A DNA stretch of 60,062 nucleotides, filler included, from Dugesia japonica (Eukaryota), in the NCBI GenBank assembly GCA_001938525.1. It is 6 parts of 6 records of this genome, joined end to end, with 100 filler letters (N's around TTAATTAATTAA, not from the genome) between each part and the next. Parts side by side here need not be neighbours in the genome. Positions count along the whole stretch, not along the records: positions 27,947 to 37,973 come from MQRL01580347.1; positions 38,074 to 49,688 come from MQRL01541518.1; 4 more parts are not named here. One strand, 5' to 3'. Position numbers and translations under genes: made by a program. A model generated the notes under the pieces. It did no database searches, was not told where the DNA came from, and saw only the letters and a list, made by a program, of their open reading frames with translations. Position 1 is the stretch's first letter. The number at the start of each line of letters is the position of its first letter. Shown here one piece after another: positions 35,430-49,788 of the stretch.

Positions 35430-36955
35430 ATGAGTCATGAAAAAGGATACTGCATTACACGAAAAGAATTATTGGCTGCTTATTATTTCTGTGTTCATTT
35501 CAAACATTACTTGTACGGTAGAAGATTTATTCTTAGAACAGGTCACAAAGCTCTAACTTTTATTATGACGACAAAGAAACCAATTACGTCGCAATTCCAG
35601 ATATGAATTAATTATCTGAGCAGTTTAGACATGGTTTTGGAATATAGAAAAGGAATTCAACATAGTAATGCAGATATGTTATCTAAACCAAGATGTGAGG
35701 TATGTGTACAGTGTCAAATGTCACATGAAGATGCCAAGAAAGGGATGATTGAAACGAGAATACTGCACATAATTGAACAGGAAAAAGAAGATCAGTTAAA
35801 CATTTCTGAGGAAACAGATTTGATCAAGAAACTGAAAATTCCGAATGACAAACTACATNNNNNNNNNNNNNNNNNNNNNNNNNNNNNNNNNNNNNNNNNN
35901 NNNNNNNNNNNNNNNNNNNNNNNNNNNNNNNNAAATACAGAAGATAGTTCGTAGTTGTGAAATTTGTCAGAAGACCAAAGTAGTGACAACAGCAACTAAA
36001 GAGAAGTCAAAGAGTTTAGAAGCTGCAAATTTATTTGAAGTGATATTCACAGATATATGTGGGCCATTGCAGAAAACAAGGTGCCGAAAAAAATACATTC
36101 TTGGAATAATCGACCAGTACAGTAAATATCTAGTTCTTATACCATTGCCTAAACAAGACGAGGAAACAATACGAAAAGCTATTTTTAAAAAGTAGATACT
36201 GAGATTTCGATGTCCAAGAGAAATAAGACTCGATTGTGGAAAAGCTTTTGAATCCAAAGTCTTGAGAGAGTTTGCACTGAAGCTAGATATTAAACTTTGC
36301 TTTTTGAGTCCCTATCAGCATAACGAAAATGGACAAATTGAGAAACAGTTCAGGACAATTCAAGATTTAATTAATGCAACACTTCAGGAAAGAAAGATAA
36401 CAGATTGGGCAGATCTTTTACCGGAAATAGAATTTACAATGAACGCAACAAAACAGAAGACGACTGGAAAGAGTCCGGCTGAGATCGTTTTTGGAAAGAA
36501 AATTAGCAGAGAAAAGTGGTACGATTCAGACGTTTCAGATAGAACTAAGTAAAACATTTCAGGCGTGACTACTAAAAGAGAATTCAAAGTATGCAATTTA
36601 GTACTCATCAAAGTGGAAACTAGAAATAAAATTCAAGACAGATTTGAAGGACCTTATCGAATNATTGAGAAACTTCATGAAAGAAGGTATGCAGTACAAG
36701 GAGAAAATGGACAGCGGTTAGAAAGAAATGTGGAAAAACGTAGGAAGTTTCTTAAGAAGGGAGATATGAAGAAATAATTATTAATTAATAATTTCACCCA
36801 AAAGAAATTGAGTTATATAAATATTAATATTGAAATGCTTGTATTNNNNNNNNNNNNNNNNNNNNNNNNNNNNNNNNNNNNNNNNNNNNNNNNNATGTCT
36901 CAAAATATTAGTAGTGATTTACAAAATGAATTACCAATTGAAGATATACCTAACA
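35430..36955 (+). mobile_element. Gypsy 3' fragment: RNase H, integrase, PPT and 3' LTR
   Basis: HSNADMLS, DICGPL, IIDQYSK, SPYQHNENGQIE, FEGPY; PPT AAGAAGGGGAGA; LTR ~36769-36955 (TG..CA). Confidence 0.9.
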
Positions 36956-36974
36956 GTCAAGGTAAATTTTTATT

Positions 36975-37900
36975 ACAAATAATTTTTATCATTAATAACA
37001 ATATTTTCCTAAATTGTGGTCAATATATGAATTCTATCATAGAAAAATTGATCTTTTTTCGAGGTATTTCAATCATCTAGCCATTTTTGACATCTTCATA
37101 ATTCGTAAAGCTCGGCTCCGACAGACTTTGTACCACCCATCGGCACAAATGGGATTCAAAATGAGCAATATCTTATGAGTATGGCAGGTGGGTTAAGACC
37201 TCCAATTTCAGCTCTTTTAACTTGTCTTTGAAAGGTTTTGCAACATGAGCTTGATATGGTCATGGAGCAAAATCACTTTCCATTGCCTCAGAGCCGATTC
37301 TGCTCGTTTTGCTGTGAGTTTTTGATTTAATTTCATTATTTAATGTTCATAATAATTGCCAGTAAATGTTTCTCGTGGTTTCAGCAGCTCATAGCATAGA
37401 ATACCCATCTGGTCCCAACGCGTACACAATAACAATATTTGCCAGTAAAAATTGCGTTTTGCAGCGGAATTTATTGATTGGTCTGGATCAATTCATGATA
37501 TTTACGTTTAGNNNNNNNNNNNNNNNNNNNNNNNNNNNNNNNNNNNNNNNNNNNNNNNNNNNNNNNNNNNNNNNNNNNNNNNNNNNNNNNNNNNNNNNNN
37601 NNNNNNNNNNNNNNNNNNNNNNNNNTCTTTCCAGTCGTAAGGCAACAGCTTTTTTCCTTCTGAATCTTTCCCATATCACGTAAGTGGTTTGAAATAATTT
37701 GGTGAGTTACATTCATCAAGCAACCAATTGCTTTTACGTTTGCCCATTGTCTTCATTCAATAACGATTGTAGTTCATCGTCTTCAAATTTATTTTGTAAT
37801 TTTACACGCTTCATGTCATTCACACCAAAATCTCTGATTTTTAATCTTTGAAACTATTTTCAGCTTATTCTTTCAGCCCCAGGCCTCTATATATATCACC
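36975..37900 (-). mobile_element. Degenerate mariner transposase
   Basis: DELQSLLNED..NVTHQIISNHLRDMGKIQK, ILLHDH, LEVLTHLPYS*DIA, FYDRI. Confidence 0.85.
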
Positions 37901-37973
37901 TCCAAACCATAAAAAAGTGGATTTGTTATTTTACAGTAAAGAAGAAAGAAAAGTTATATTTTCAATATATATA

Positions 37974-38073
37974 NNNNNNNNNNNNNNNNNNNNNNNNNNN
38001 NNNNNNNNNNNNNNNNNTTAATTAATTAANNNNNNNNNNNNNNNNNNNNNNNNNNNNNNNNNNNNNNNNNNNN
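37974..38073. other. Artificial contig spacer
   Basis: 44N-TTAATTAATTAA-44N. Confidence 0.97.
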
Positions 38074-40739
38074 AGATATTTAATTAATTTAACACAATGT
38101 TCTTTAAACTTAAGTTCTTTAAAGGCCGCACTAAAAAATGACAAGCCCCGACCGGTCACAATTATTTTAGGTTATAAGAAATTAAAAATTGTTATTGATG
38201 GCCTGATTATGACAGAATAAATTTTATTGTTTTAATATAATTTGAATCATTCAATGTCACAGTACAACTATGTATAAATACTAATAAATTTCCAAGATAA
38301 TTAAAATAGAGCGTAAAAGTTACTTCCAACTTAACAGTAATCGTTTGCTGTCTCTATCGGCCGCATTTTTTATAGCAACACTGATAAAAATAATAAAGTG
38401 ACTATTAAAACAGACAACTTATTTAATATNAAATCTTCTTTTCAGTTCTTTTAATTTCACCAATCTTCCACCAGTTNGATATGATGTGATGTGATTTTTT
38501 CTTCTCGCTGATATTTGACATTAGCCAATACTTTTTTAATCTTGGAATTTATCTCCGGTTAATTGTATTAAACAATAAGAAAAATAAATAAATACAATTA
38601 CTTACCATTATTATTTTGCCTTTTTTTGAAACATCGAAGTAACTAAATTTACTTTTAAATGCAGTTTATTAAAATAATATAGTGGTCAAATAAAGAGTTT
38701 TCCACCGGTCACATAAAGCCTCATTATCGGCCACATATGGCCGAAAAACCCTAGTTTGTGGAACACTGATTTAAGAGATTTAATTTTTCAATATATATTA
38801 CATAAATTTGTTTATAAATCAAACAAACTTTTTGTTGTTTGTATAAGAAAAATATCTGAATGCCACAAATGATTTTTTTAACGAATTTCATTATTCTTAA
38901 ATAATAATTGGAGAGAATTAAAAATTCTTAAATATTTGTAAACGTTATTGCTAAACTATCTTTAATAAATGTTAATCAAAATTTTTAAAAACTCAGAAAA
39001 TATTTCTATAAATTCTAATTTTTACAAGTCAACTGTAAATATAATTTAAATCCACAATAAATCACAATACAATTATCGATTTATTACAATTTCACTTGAA
39101 ATACAGTGTTAAATTTTCAATTAACAGATTAGCTGCCGAGCGACATTTTCAAAAGCAGGTCCACCGCACGAAATAATTTTATTTAATGTATTGTCAGATT
39201 GAACTACAAANNNNNNNNNNNNNNNNNNNNNNNNNNNNNNNNNNNNNNNNNNNNNNNNNNNNNNNNNNNNNGAGTTATATTGTAGTCGGTTATTGAGCCA
39301 GATATCATTAGAGAACATGAATACACTACGAATTTAATTATATGTGATGTGAATTAACATAACTCGTAGCTGGCACATAAAAACCAACTTTGACATATGA
39401 GTTAATTCGTAATCGGCCTCGAACATGTTAAAATTATGCAGGATACCTTCGATAAAATTGACGATAGCTTTGGATTTTCATGTCTATTTGAAAAACCTTA
39501 TGCCTATGAAAGTACTATACTTTTTCAGTTAAAAATATTAAAATTTTGATAACATTTATCATGTTGAAAAATTCGCTATTAGAATAACAGTAATTTCTGA
39601 GATGCTTACAATGAAAAACTCGTTGAAAAATTTAATAAAATGCTGTACATGTCGTATTTAATACAGATCTTAATGTCACCACACAAGCAAAGGAAACATA
39701 AAGTATACTAGGATTGTACAAGTTCAAATATTATGCACAAAATGAAGAAAATCATTAGTGAGGGTTCTGGAAATATAATGCAGTTCATAACAAATACTAA
39801 AGAGGCAATATAAAAAATAGAATTATTTTCTATTAAAAGTGAAAAAATAGAATCAAAAACATTTTAATTGAAAAAGTATTTTAAATATATGAGATTAGTT
39901 TTACAATTGCAATTATTGCGAGAATAATTGTTGGACATAACCATTGATCTTTTTATAGAATTCATTTAAAATAAAAGCTTCTATCAAAAAAAAAGTTTTT
40001 TATTGTTTTTTTTGAGAAGGAATTAGGAATTATTCCTAATAAGGAATTAGGAATATATTAAATGGGAAAATATAAGGTGAAAAATCTTAAATTGAGTCTT
40101 AAATTTCAGAAGCTTGTCTATATCTGTTAAGTCTAAGACACCTTCTGCTTCTTTTACTAATTAAAATGTTTCATCATAGAAATTCAATGGAAAATAATTT
40201 TATTTTTTTCAATATTCCGAATACCAAATCAAAATATTTTTACTCTTTTATGTATTTACATAAATAAATAAAAATTACTTCTGAATATAATACTTTTATA
40301 TGGTATATTGTATATTTTACTAAGTTTTTGCCAGTTTATATTTATTTCTGTAAAAGTGATTTATTTATACATTTAATGAAATCCTATACCTATTATTTCA
40401 GGATCTTGTCATAGAGTTAAGTAATGAAATATCTCAAAGGTATATACGTTTTCATTCTGTATAATGTTAGTTTTATTTCAAAAATTTTCAAGATCTGTTT
40501 CGTTGAAAAATGATTGATTAATTAATTGATTAACCCAGCATAACATTATTTCAATAAATTTGGTGTTATTGTGTTAAAGCACAGTATATAATAATTACAT
40601 AGTAACACAATAGGGCTATAATAAATACACAAATCTAGATCATCGTGCTTAAGCTTAATTTTCAAATTATTTATTTGATTATTAATTTGATGGTTTAATT
40701 ATTAAATTTTTAATAAAAGAAATAGTTAATTATTTGCAT

Positions 40740-41260
40740 ATCTACCACCCTTTCAACAAATGGATAGTGACTTGCGCTGAAAAATGAGTATTATATGATA
40801 ACTGAAAGCCTTTCACACATTGGTTGGACAATGATCAAGCTCCACAACGATTGCCAAAAACTTCAACTTTACCCAAAGAATGTGATGGTAAGCGTTTGTT
40901 GGTATTCTGGAGGCATTATCCATTATAATGTTTGGTTTACCGGTGAAACTATTAAGTCGGATAAATACTATAAAGAAGTGGACGAGGTACATGACAGATT
41001 GCAACTTCTTCATACAGCTTTGGTCAACAGAAAATTTCCAATTGTTTTCCATAACAATGCAACGGTTACTTGACTCGAGTTACGAAATTTTGATTTATCC
41101 ACTATACTCGCCGGACTTTTCCCTACTGACTGTTTTTTTTAAATATCTTACTGCTTTCATGGATGGAAAAATCTTTAAAAATCAAGATTATGTCGACTTC
41201 TCTACGACTGGAATGAGGAAGTTTGTTTACCGTTGGTAAGCATGTTTTGATTGTAATGAC
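40740..41260 (+). mobile_element. Degenerate mariner transposase (catalytic domain)
   Basis: IVTCAEK*VLY, VMVSVCW..GIIHY, FHNNA, YPLYSPDFS. Confidence 0.88.
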
Positions 41261-41261
41261 A

Positions 41262-41540
41262 CCAATGGAAATGGTCACAATAGACATCATGGAACCATTA
41301 CCAGAAACTTTAAATTGGAATAAATATATTCTTGATTTTCGCGATTATTTAACTAAATAGCCAGACGCATTTGTGTTGCCAGATCAAAGTCAGAGACGAT
41401 AGCACAATTCTTCATTGAAAATTTTNTTTTTCGATATGATACTCTTCGGAAACTATTAACTGGCCGTGGAACAAATTTGTCTAATGATTTATTTAAAGTA
41501 ATCATGGAAATATTCATTATTTCAAAACCAATAACGTCAC
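41262..41540 (+). pseudogene. Gypsy integrase fragment
   Basis: EMVTIDIMEPLP..NKYIL..DYLTK*PDAF. Confidence 0.75.
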
Positions 41541-41541
41541 T

Positions 41542-42830
41542 GTTGAAAATTAAATATTGATTTGACTCCTATGTATGTTGTGATTGATGTGACCCCTTTG
41601 TGTGTTGTGAGTGATGCGACCCGTATGAACATTGTGAATGAATGATATAATATATTTCTCGAAACGTAGCATTACTTATATTCCCCATATTTTAGAATGC
41701 AATTAGCACTTTTTATTATAATATAATTTAGTTGAATTGTATTTAGTTCTCGATACTAATATGGTGACCGCGTTAAATACAAGTGACCTTATTCGATTAA
41801 TTCCGCAGCTGAAGATGTTCTCCGCAAATATGGATGTAAAAGATTTCATTGTTTGAAAAAAATTATTTCGATTTAATTCAAGTTAATCCAGAACAAAGAA
41901 ATATCTTAATTCGAGCTTTTATAGACGAAGATTCAAAAGACAATTTGAGAAGCTCAAAGGTTTCGATAATTATGAACAAAATCTACGAAAATTAATCGGT
42001 AAATCCTGTAATCTTACAGAAGACCTAGAAAATGCTTTGAAATATCGAAAAAGAAATAATTCAATCGAAGAATTTATTCAACAAGTTGAAATGAACGTGG
42101 AGAAAGTAATGCGACACAAATTGACGTCGACCAAACTTATCGCATTTTTATTGAAGTATGATTTGAGTGATAAAACAATGAAAGAAGAAGTGGCTAAATT
42201 TGAGTCTACAGAATCTCGTTTCAAATTAAAATCAGGTAAAGAAAAAAATGAAGATCAGCAAGAACTGACTCTGGTGAAATATATTAAAGATATTTTGAAA
42301 TCAGTTGAGGAAAGAAATCGAAATGCAGATATTTTGGTTCTCAATAAATCAAGTTATGCCGTGAATTTTTATTCGTGAAATTATTCAAGATACTGATGCA
42401 AGTTTTGACAGTATTGGTGCTGTATTGTCCCAAAAAGATAAATTCGAAATAGAAAGAGTCATTGCTTACGGTTCAAAAAGTATGTCAAAACATTAAACTG
42501 GATATTGCATTTCGAAAAAAGAAGTACTTTCAGTATTTCACTTTACTCAACACTTTAAGCATTATTTAAATGGAAAGCAATTTGTAATTACGAAAAGACC
42601 ATAAAGCGATAACTTTTATGTTAACAACAAGAAAACCGATTACAGATCAATTTCAAAATTGGATAAATTTTCTCAGTAGTTTAAATACCACGTTGGAGTA
42701 CAGAAAAGGAGAGAAACATTCAAACGCAGATGCTTTATCAAAATTGAATAACCAGTTGTGTAAACAATGTAATATGGTACACGTTTATTCTAAAACTAAA
42801 AAGCCTAAACTAGTTTATTAATTTTAAAGA
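41542..42830 (+). mobile_element. Internally deleted Gypsy: LTR, tRNA-Trp-like PBS, gag, RNase H
   Basis: TG-starting LTR with short tandem repeats, TGGTGACC at 41762, gag-like ORF 42037-42378, DTDASFDSIGAVLSQ, HSNADALS. Confidence 0.8.
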
Positions 42831-44094
42831 TGAGGCAAGATCAAATTCAAATTACCTACCTTTGTCAATTATACATAGAAGAATGCAGACCATAAATGAT
42901 CCTGAAGGTTTGCTATACATGAGCGAAAACCAGACACTTAAATTTTATGTCAAAAATAATTTATCTCAAATAAATTATGTCAAAAATTTTTGATGTCAAA
43001 TGTCTGTGGATCAATCAATTAACAATAAAAATTAAAATTTAAAATTGGCAATTTCAAACCAAATGGAATCCAATAAAATTCAGCTAAAAATTTCACACAA
43101 AATTCTTTTCAAATTTTTCACACAACAAAAATATTTTTACAACAAATAAACAAAATCTTAAAAATTACTTATTTACAATTAATCCTCATATATCTGATTC
43201 TTGAATGTGCTGTATAAATTTACTTTTAAAACTTGATAGAAATTCAAATGAAATTGTTGGTATTTAATTACAACTATTATCATATCATAAAATTCCCTAT
43301 TTCTATTTATTAAATAACATAATACTTTTATTGGTTTATTATTGCTATTATCANNNNNNNNNNNNNNNNNNNNNNNNNNNNNNNNNNNNNNNNNNNNNNN
43401 NNNNNNNNNNTTATTATTATTATTATTATTATTATTAATTTTATCTACTTATCAATATATTTTCGTTAGATAGACTCGAGATATTTCTCTCACTCACCAA
43501 AGATAAAAGGGTATTAAATCAAGTAGAGTGATCAAGTTTGTGGTTCGTGTAAAATATCTGAAAATACAAAAATATAAATTACAATAGTTAAAAATTTAAT
43601 TCGAAATGTTAAGTTTATTTTTTTATCAGTATGATATAAACTGTTTATTTTTATACTGTATTAAATTTTCCACAGATATTGATACTAATTATTTTCAAAG
43701 ATAATATATAATTGTCGATTTGTTCTTCTAATTTACAAATAATAATATTGTCATATTTAAATGAAAATTCTTAAAGAATTCTGTANNNNNNNNNNNNNNN
43801 NNNNNNNNNNNNNNNNAATTAAAATCAAAATTATTTAATATTAATTTTAAAAATATTTCTAAGTAAAAAAAACACAGAAGTTGAACTATTTTCTTCTGAA
43901 TTTCAATTTTTTTATTGAAAATTTAAGAATGCTAAAAGAAAAAATTTTGTTTTTCTTATATTTAGTTTATAATAAGAGTAAAACAAACCAGTGAAATTAT
44001 TATTTTTTCTAGATCAATATGTAAAAAATATGTAATGTATACAATGATTTTTTAAAATAAGTTTAATTAAATTTTAAATATTTTTATTAATATT

Positions 44095-44232
44095 TCAGTG
44101 AAATAATAGCTTCGATCAAATTCATTTATTATTTTATAGATATTGCCTTCTTGCTGAAAAAAGCAATAGTTGAAAACTTGAATATCTATAAAACAACAAT
44201 TTAATTTGATCGAAGATATTATTTCAATGAAA
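44095..44232 (+). ncRNA. Second long hairpin of the 30.3-kb family with degenerate hammerhead-like core
   Basis: agcttcgatcaaatt..ttttatagatatt / aatatctataaaa..aatttgatcgaag; centre CTGAAAA-A-AGC-AATA-GTT-GAAA. Confidence 0.45.
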
Positions 44233-46117
44233 TCTCAAATGCGATCAATTGTTAAGTCCAAAAATTATTCTAGTAATAATTATAATTGTAAAATAAAATA
44301 TGTAAATAAAACTTAAGTGGATATGTGTGTGTGTGTGGGTTTGATGTTATAAAGAAGCATATTTTCCTACTGGATCTGAAAACCCCTTACGACACATCAA
44401 GTAATCTAAAATTAGCGAGGGACATGAACATAAATAAATACACACCACTGAAGGAGGACATTCAGAAAAACCTTCCAAAATGAAATGTTCTCCTTGAGAC
44501 GATCTCAGTACGGTGTCTGGGATCATGGTGTGTTGAAAATGAACCAGTGCTAAAATAGGTTGGGTTACGGGCTTTGTGTTGTAAAACTTAACATTGTTTG
44601 ATTAATCTTTTTATTAAATTAAATTAAAATTGAGCGAGGTTTTCAGAAATCAAGTTAAGTGCTTTTACTGAAATTTGTAGAGTATACAACTTATTTCATC
44701 TTCAATCATTATTTAATAATTTAGATAATTTTTTTTTTGAATTAAAACTTTAAAAAGTCTGTTCTTTTAGTCAAAAAAGCCGGTATCATGTTTGCACATC
44801 TAATATAATAATTACATAACAATATGTACAATAATTAAATTTTAATATTAAAAATAAATTTTCAATATAGAAAATAAATCAGTTCAGCGTGTTCCTTTCT
44901 TATCTCTACTTTATCTAAAAGCTTTAGCGTCTCCGTGATTTCAATAGCNNNNNNNNNNNNNNNNNNNNNNNNNNNNNNNNNNNNNNNNNNNNNNNNNNNN
45001 NNNNNNNNNNNNNNNNNNNNNNNNNNNNNNNNNNNNNNNNNNNNNNNNNNNNNNNNNNNNNNNNNNNNNNNNNNNNNNNNNNNNNNNNNNNNNNNNNNNN
45101 NNNNNNAAAGCTTGATTTTTCTTTCTCCAATATGTTCAAATATCCCTCAATTAACTTTGTATCTATTAACCCTTGTATGAGCGGGTAGCAAATTACACAA
45201 ATTGTTCATTAATTTTGAAAAGCTATTATAAGGGTTTAACAAGTCACCAACTTCTCTTCTTCTTCTTGGTTATTGATGCTTTCGTGGTAAAGAAATGCTT
45301 CTAGATCTCCATTCTTACTTTATGTTTTTTAGTAAAAACCTCTCCTAAAGGGTTTGGCGTTCTCTACTGCCAGTAGTACCTTGGTATAAACTATATTTTC
45401 AATAATAATTAAAACTGATTTATAAAATTTATTAAATAAACAATTATTATCCAAAATGCTTTAACAATTGGCTTTACTACAAATTTTACAATTACAATTG
45501 AAATAACAAATTACGCTACAAACGAAATGCTATACACAAAAATTACTAATTATAAAAATTACAAACACTTGATTTTTAATATATAAATACAAAATAGACT
45601 TAGAAATATTAAGCGTTCGTTCTAATCTTATTGTTGGAAAAATTTAATTTAAATCTGTACAAATAATATGAAAAAATATACACGTCCAAATTTGTACATA
45701 TTAGAAGAATCTGCGAGTGAGCACCGCAGGATTCAATGATTTTTCAAAAAATTTGTAGAACTGCCTACTGCAACTGTCAAAATTGATATTANNNNNNNNN
45801 NNNNNNNNNNNNNNNNNNNNNNNNNNNNNNNNNNNNNNNNNNNNNNNNNNNNNNNNNNNNNNNNNNNNNNNNNNNNNNNNNNNNNNNNNNNNNNNNNNNN
45901 NNNNNNNNNNNNNNNNNNNNNNNNNNAGTTATATTTCTCTTAAAAAGAACTCAGTTCAATCATCAATAGACTACAAAGTAAATTTGAATTATATTTATTA
46001 GATAAAATCGGAAGGCTGAAATGGTGTTCATCGTTGACTGGCAACGCCAGCAACGAAGGACATCAATGCTCAGAGACCCGTGCTTAGTTTCGATTCGAGA
46101 TTATCCACTAATAAAAT

Positions 46118-46317
46118 CTATAATGCTATAATATTGAAAGTTGATAACGCTATGATATTGAAAGTTATTAAAAGTGTATAATGCTATGATATCGAAAGTT
46201 GATAATGTGATGATATTGAAAGACATTGAAAGATTAAAATGCTATGACAATGAAAGTTTATAATGTTACTACATTGCAAGATTATAATGATATAATGTTT
46301 ATATGTCATGAGGTGTT
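46118..46317 (+). repeat. Degenerate ~23-bp tandem repeat (tataatgctatgatattgaaagt)
   Basis: 6-7 visible units; 46240-46317 recurs inverted at 48353-48430. Confidence 0.8.
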
Positions 46318-46975
46318 AATGAAAGATGATACTATGATGTCTAGAAAGGATGAAAGATGTGATGAGATGCTAAAGTATATGTGAGATGATAATGTAAAGT
46401 AGAAAGTTGAAGATGTTCAGTGGATAAGCGATATAAATTGAAATCTAAAATGTGGTGGTTGAATCTTAACTTATTCTAATACTGATTTATTATATGTTGT
46501 GTTTTACTATTTGTACAATTTGTACGAAAATATTATTTGATTGATATCAATTAGTTTTATTGCAGATGATTATTAGTAAAATGACATTTTGATATTTAAT
46601 TGAGCTGGCTGATGAATCAATAGTTATTCGGAGGAGGATGGATTTCTCAGTTAATATATGATTATGAATATGTACATGAAGATGAAGTAACAAAGATCTA
46701 TAGAAACAGAATATGATTGGATGGTCAANATGAATTTAGATAGAGAATTCAACCTCATCCGCAATGATTATTGATTGTGAATTGGTCCAGAGTAAACTTT
46801 GGTTTTATATTACTAATATTACATTATATTAAATTGAAATTATTACGAGATTAGATTTGTATTATAAATTAATAATATTTTGATAAACGATAAAATAGTT
46901 AATGCTCATATCTGATTTGTATTATAAATTACTAATATTTGGTTGATAGACAAAGAATTAATGTTAATATCTAGA

Positions 46976-47509
46976 ATGTTTAAATCGCTGACGACGACAG
47001 TAGCCAAGGAATCGCTAAAGCCAGAAAGGTGTTCCTTCCAATCAAATATTCTGAACGATATGCCGAATTTGTGGGAATCAATTAGCGAGTATGGAACCGA
47101 CTATGGTCCATGGTGGATCACTCAGAATTGCCTACAAAAGAAGGATTAGAAACTGTTAACTCTAAGAGAGAGATTGAATCGGCAGGAGGAGACACTACGA
47201 CAGAAGGCCGCAACGTTGGAGGATTTGGATAAAAGAGTGGAACTACAGGAGCAGCACTACAATAATCAGTTAGCGGAAATCTTGAACAGAAATGAACAAC
47301 GGGAAAAAGAACTGATATCCTTGTTCATACGATCGACGGAAATGCACCAATATCAACAGCGAGCAATCCAAAGTTCGCGTGCTACTCAGCTGGAAATAGA
47401 TGAATTCAACAAGATGTCGGATCGGTTGAACATAGAAGTCGAAGAGATGTTAAGACAGACTCTAATACCGCTCTATGGAACTATTGAGAATCAGGAAACT
47501 TTATTGTGA
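46976..47509 (+). pseudogene. Orphan coiled-coil protein (177 codons, one in-frame TAG)
   Basis: ORFs 46943 and 47174 share a frame; acceptor aatatctAG lies 1 nt before ATG 46976; long heptad pattern. Confidence 0.6.
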
Positions 47510-49688
47510 TTGATAATTCATGTGTTAACAGCAACAGTTTTTAATTCTAGTATTTTCATGTTTTGATTATATTTAATGATAATGAGTTAAAAATGAATCA
47601 ACGGAATAAGAGAAGTTAAAAGAGAAATTCGTTTAAAATTTTGTGAGTTTCGATTTTAAATGTTAATGATATATAATATCCTGAATGATTTTAAACTGAT
47701 GAAATAATTGTATAATTAATATGGATTAATGAAGTCTAATAAATCAAAACGAGAGCCGGATAGAAATTGAAATCTAAGACGGGATAAGGGGATCGTATTA
47801 CTAGAGAAAGTAACACAAATTTCTGTGGTTGCTAGGTATCATCCCCCAGACAGAAAGATATGTGGAAGAGAAAGTAAATACCATGAATCTATTAGAAATA
47901 AAGATCAAAAGAAACCAGATATTAAAAATAACCTCAAAAAGCCTAGCAACCCAACATTTAAATGGATTAATTTAATTTTAAATTAAATAAATTTAATATT
48001 TATTAGAGATATCTTCCACTGATTTAATTTAAATATTTTCAATTTAAATTTAATAAATTTCATCTTCAAATATAAAAAATTTTTAATCCGTTTTTAAAAA
48101 CAATCTCACTTCTTTTTGTGTATTGTGATTTTTANNNNNNNNNNNNNNNNNNNNNNNNNNNNNNNNNNNNNNNNNNNNNNNNNNNNNNNNNNNNNNNNNN
48201 NNNNNNNTTGATAGTAAATAATTTAATAACTAAATATATTATATGAAAAATGAAAAATTAAATAATAAATAAATATTATTAATCTTATTAGAGAAAAATA
48301 AATTAATACCGATTCTAGAAATTAAATTTGCAAAATGTTTTTATAATATCACAACACCTCATGACATATAAACATTATATCATTATAATCTTGCAATATC
48401 GTAACATTATAAACTTTCATTGTCATAGCATATATACCAACACAAAAACCCAATAAACGACACAATAAAAAATTATTATTCTAGGTAAGATATTAAAATT
48501 ATTATTAGACACAATAAAAAGTTATTATTCTAGATATTTCTCAATATTGGTTTTATAAAAAAATTAAATATTTTCAAAATTACGAAAATAAACTAAGGCG
48601 TAGATCAAAATATTTTCAAAAATAAAAATTTTTTTATTTTTTCCAAATTTTCGAGTTTATCTTCTTCAGGATTTGTCTTTTGTTTGAAAATTTACTGTGG
48701 AAAAATTAGAACAAAAATTATTTGAAATAAGTAATTTATGTTCATTTTTTAAAATTTTTTAAGAATAGTAATTATAATTGTTTTGAAGTCTATTAAAGAC
48801 TAGTTTCATTTAAAGTTATAATGGTTTTGAAGTCTGTTAAAGGCTAGTTTGATTATTTATTATAATATAATTTCATTATTACCGTCAATAGTCAGTTACT
48901 GAATAGAAAATACAAAATTAATTAAAATATTATTTGAATTATACTGTTAAGCAGGTATCCTATACTCTCTAAAATTTGGATTTGCCTTATATTTTATTTA
49001 ACCAATTTGTTAAAATTATATTTTTTTTGTAAAAAACTGTTGATATTTAATAAAAATTATATCAAAGCAATTCTGGTAACTTAATTGCTATATCTTTATT
49101 TATTATGTTGTTATTTATAATAAATAAAGAAATTATTTACCTACACGCCTAGTTATTAATTAATTTGGGAGTAAGATAGTTTCTTGTTAAGTACCTATAT
49201 CAACTATGATCTAACAGTAATAATAATTAAAATAAATAAAAAATCTTTGTGAAAAAATGGAAATATATTTGACACCGTAATAAAACAGTTTATAAAATAA
49301 AATAAATTGAATTAAAGTTTATTTGATTTTGTAGTAACTTTAGAAATGCTTGTTAATACTCAGACAATTCATTTATTGATGATTAGTAATTAAATGTTGT
49401 TTTCGACAATCTCATAAACTATTATTTCTAAAATTTAATTTATTTTGTAAAAAATTGACTTAATATATATATNNNNNNNNNTTAATCATTTTTAATTATT
49501 TCAGAGTTTTAAATATTTATCACTTTTCATTTTATTTTATTTTGGAAAGAAGTTTACCTTTTATTTAAAAAAAATTACTTGTTTAAAAATATTAAACTTA
49601 TTTGGTTCGATTTTAAATCACTTTTTTTAAAAAAAATTGTTCTGATAATTCTACTAATAATGAAATATTATCAGACTTTGATTGTTGT

Positions 49689-49788
49689 NNNNNNNNNNNN
49701 NNNNNNNNNNNNNNNNNNNNNNNNNNNNNNNNTTAATTAATTAANNNNNNNNNNNNNNNNNNNNNNNNNNNNNNNNNNNNNNNNNNNN
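49689..49788. other. Artificial contig spacer
   Basis: 44N-TTAATTAATTAA-44N. Confidence 0.97.

Noticed and set aside
39120-39800. Possible non-LTR retrotransposon remnant (also 45240-45390)
   Set aside because: Too degenerate to assign without a search.
44924-46001. ORFs made mostly of X (also 19156-19365, 53081-53311)
   Set aside because: Artefacts of N runs.
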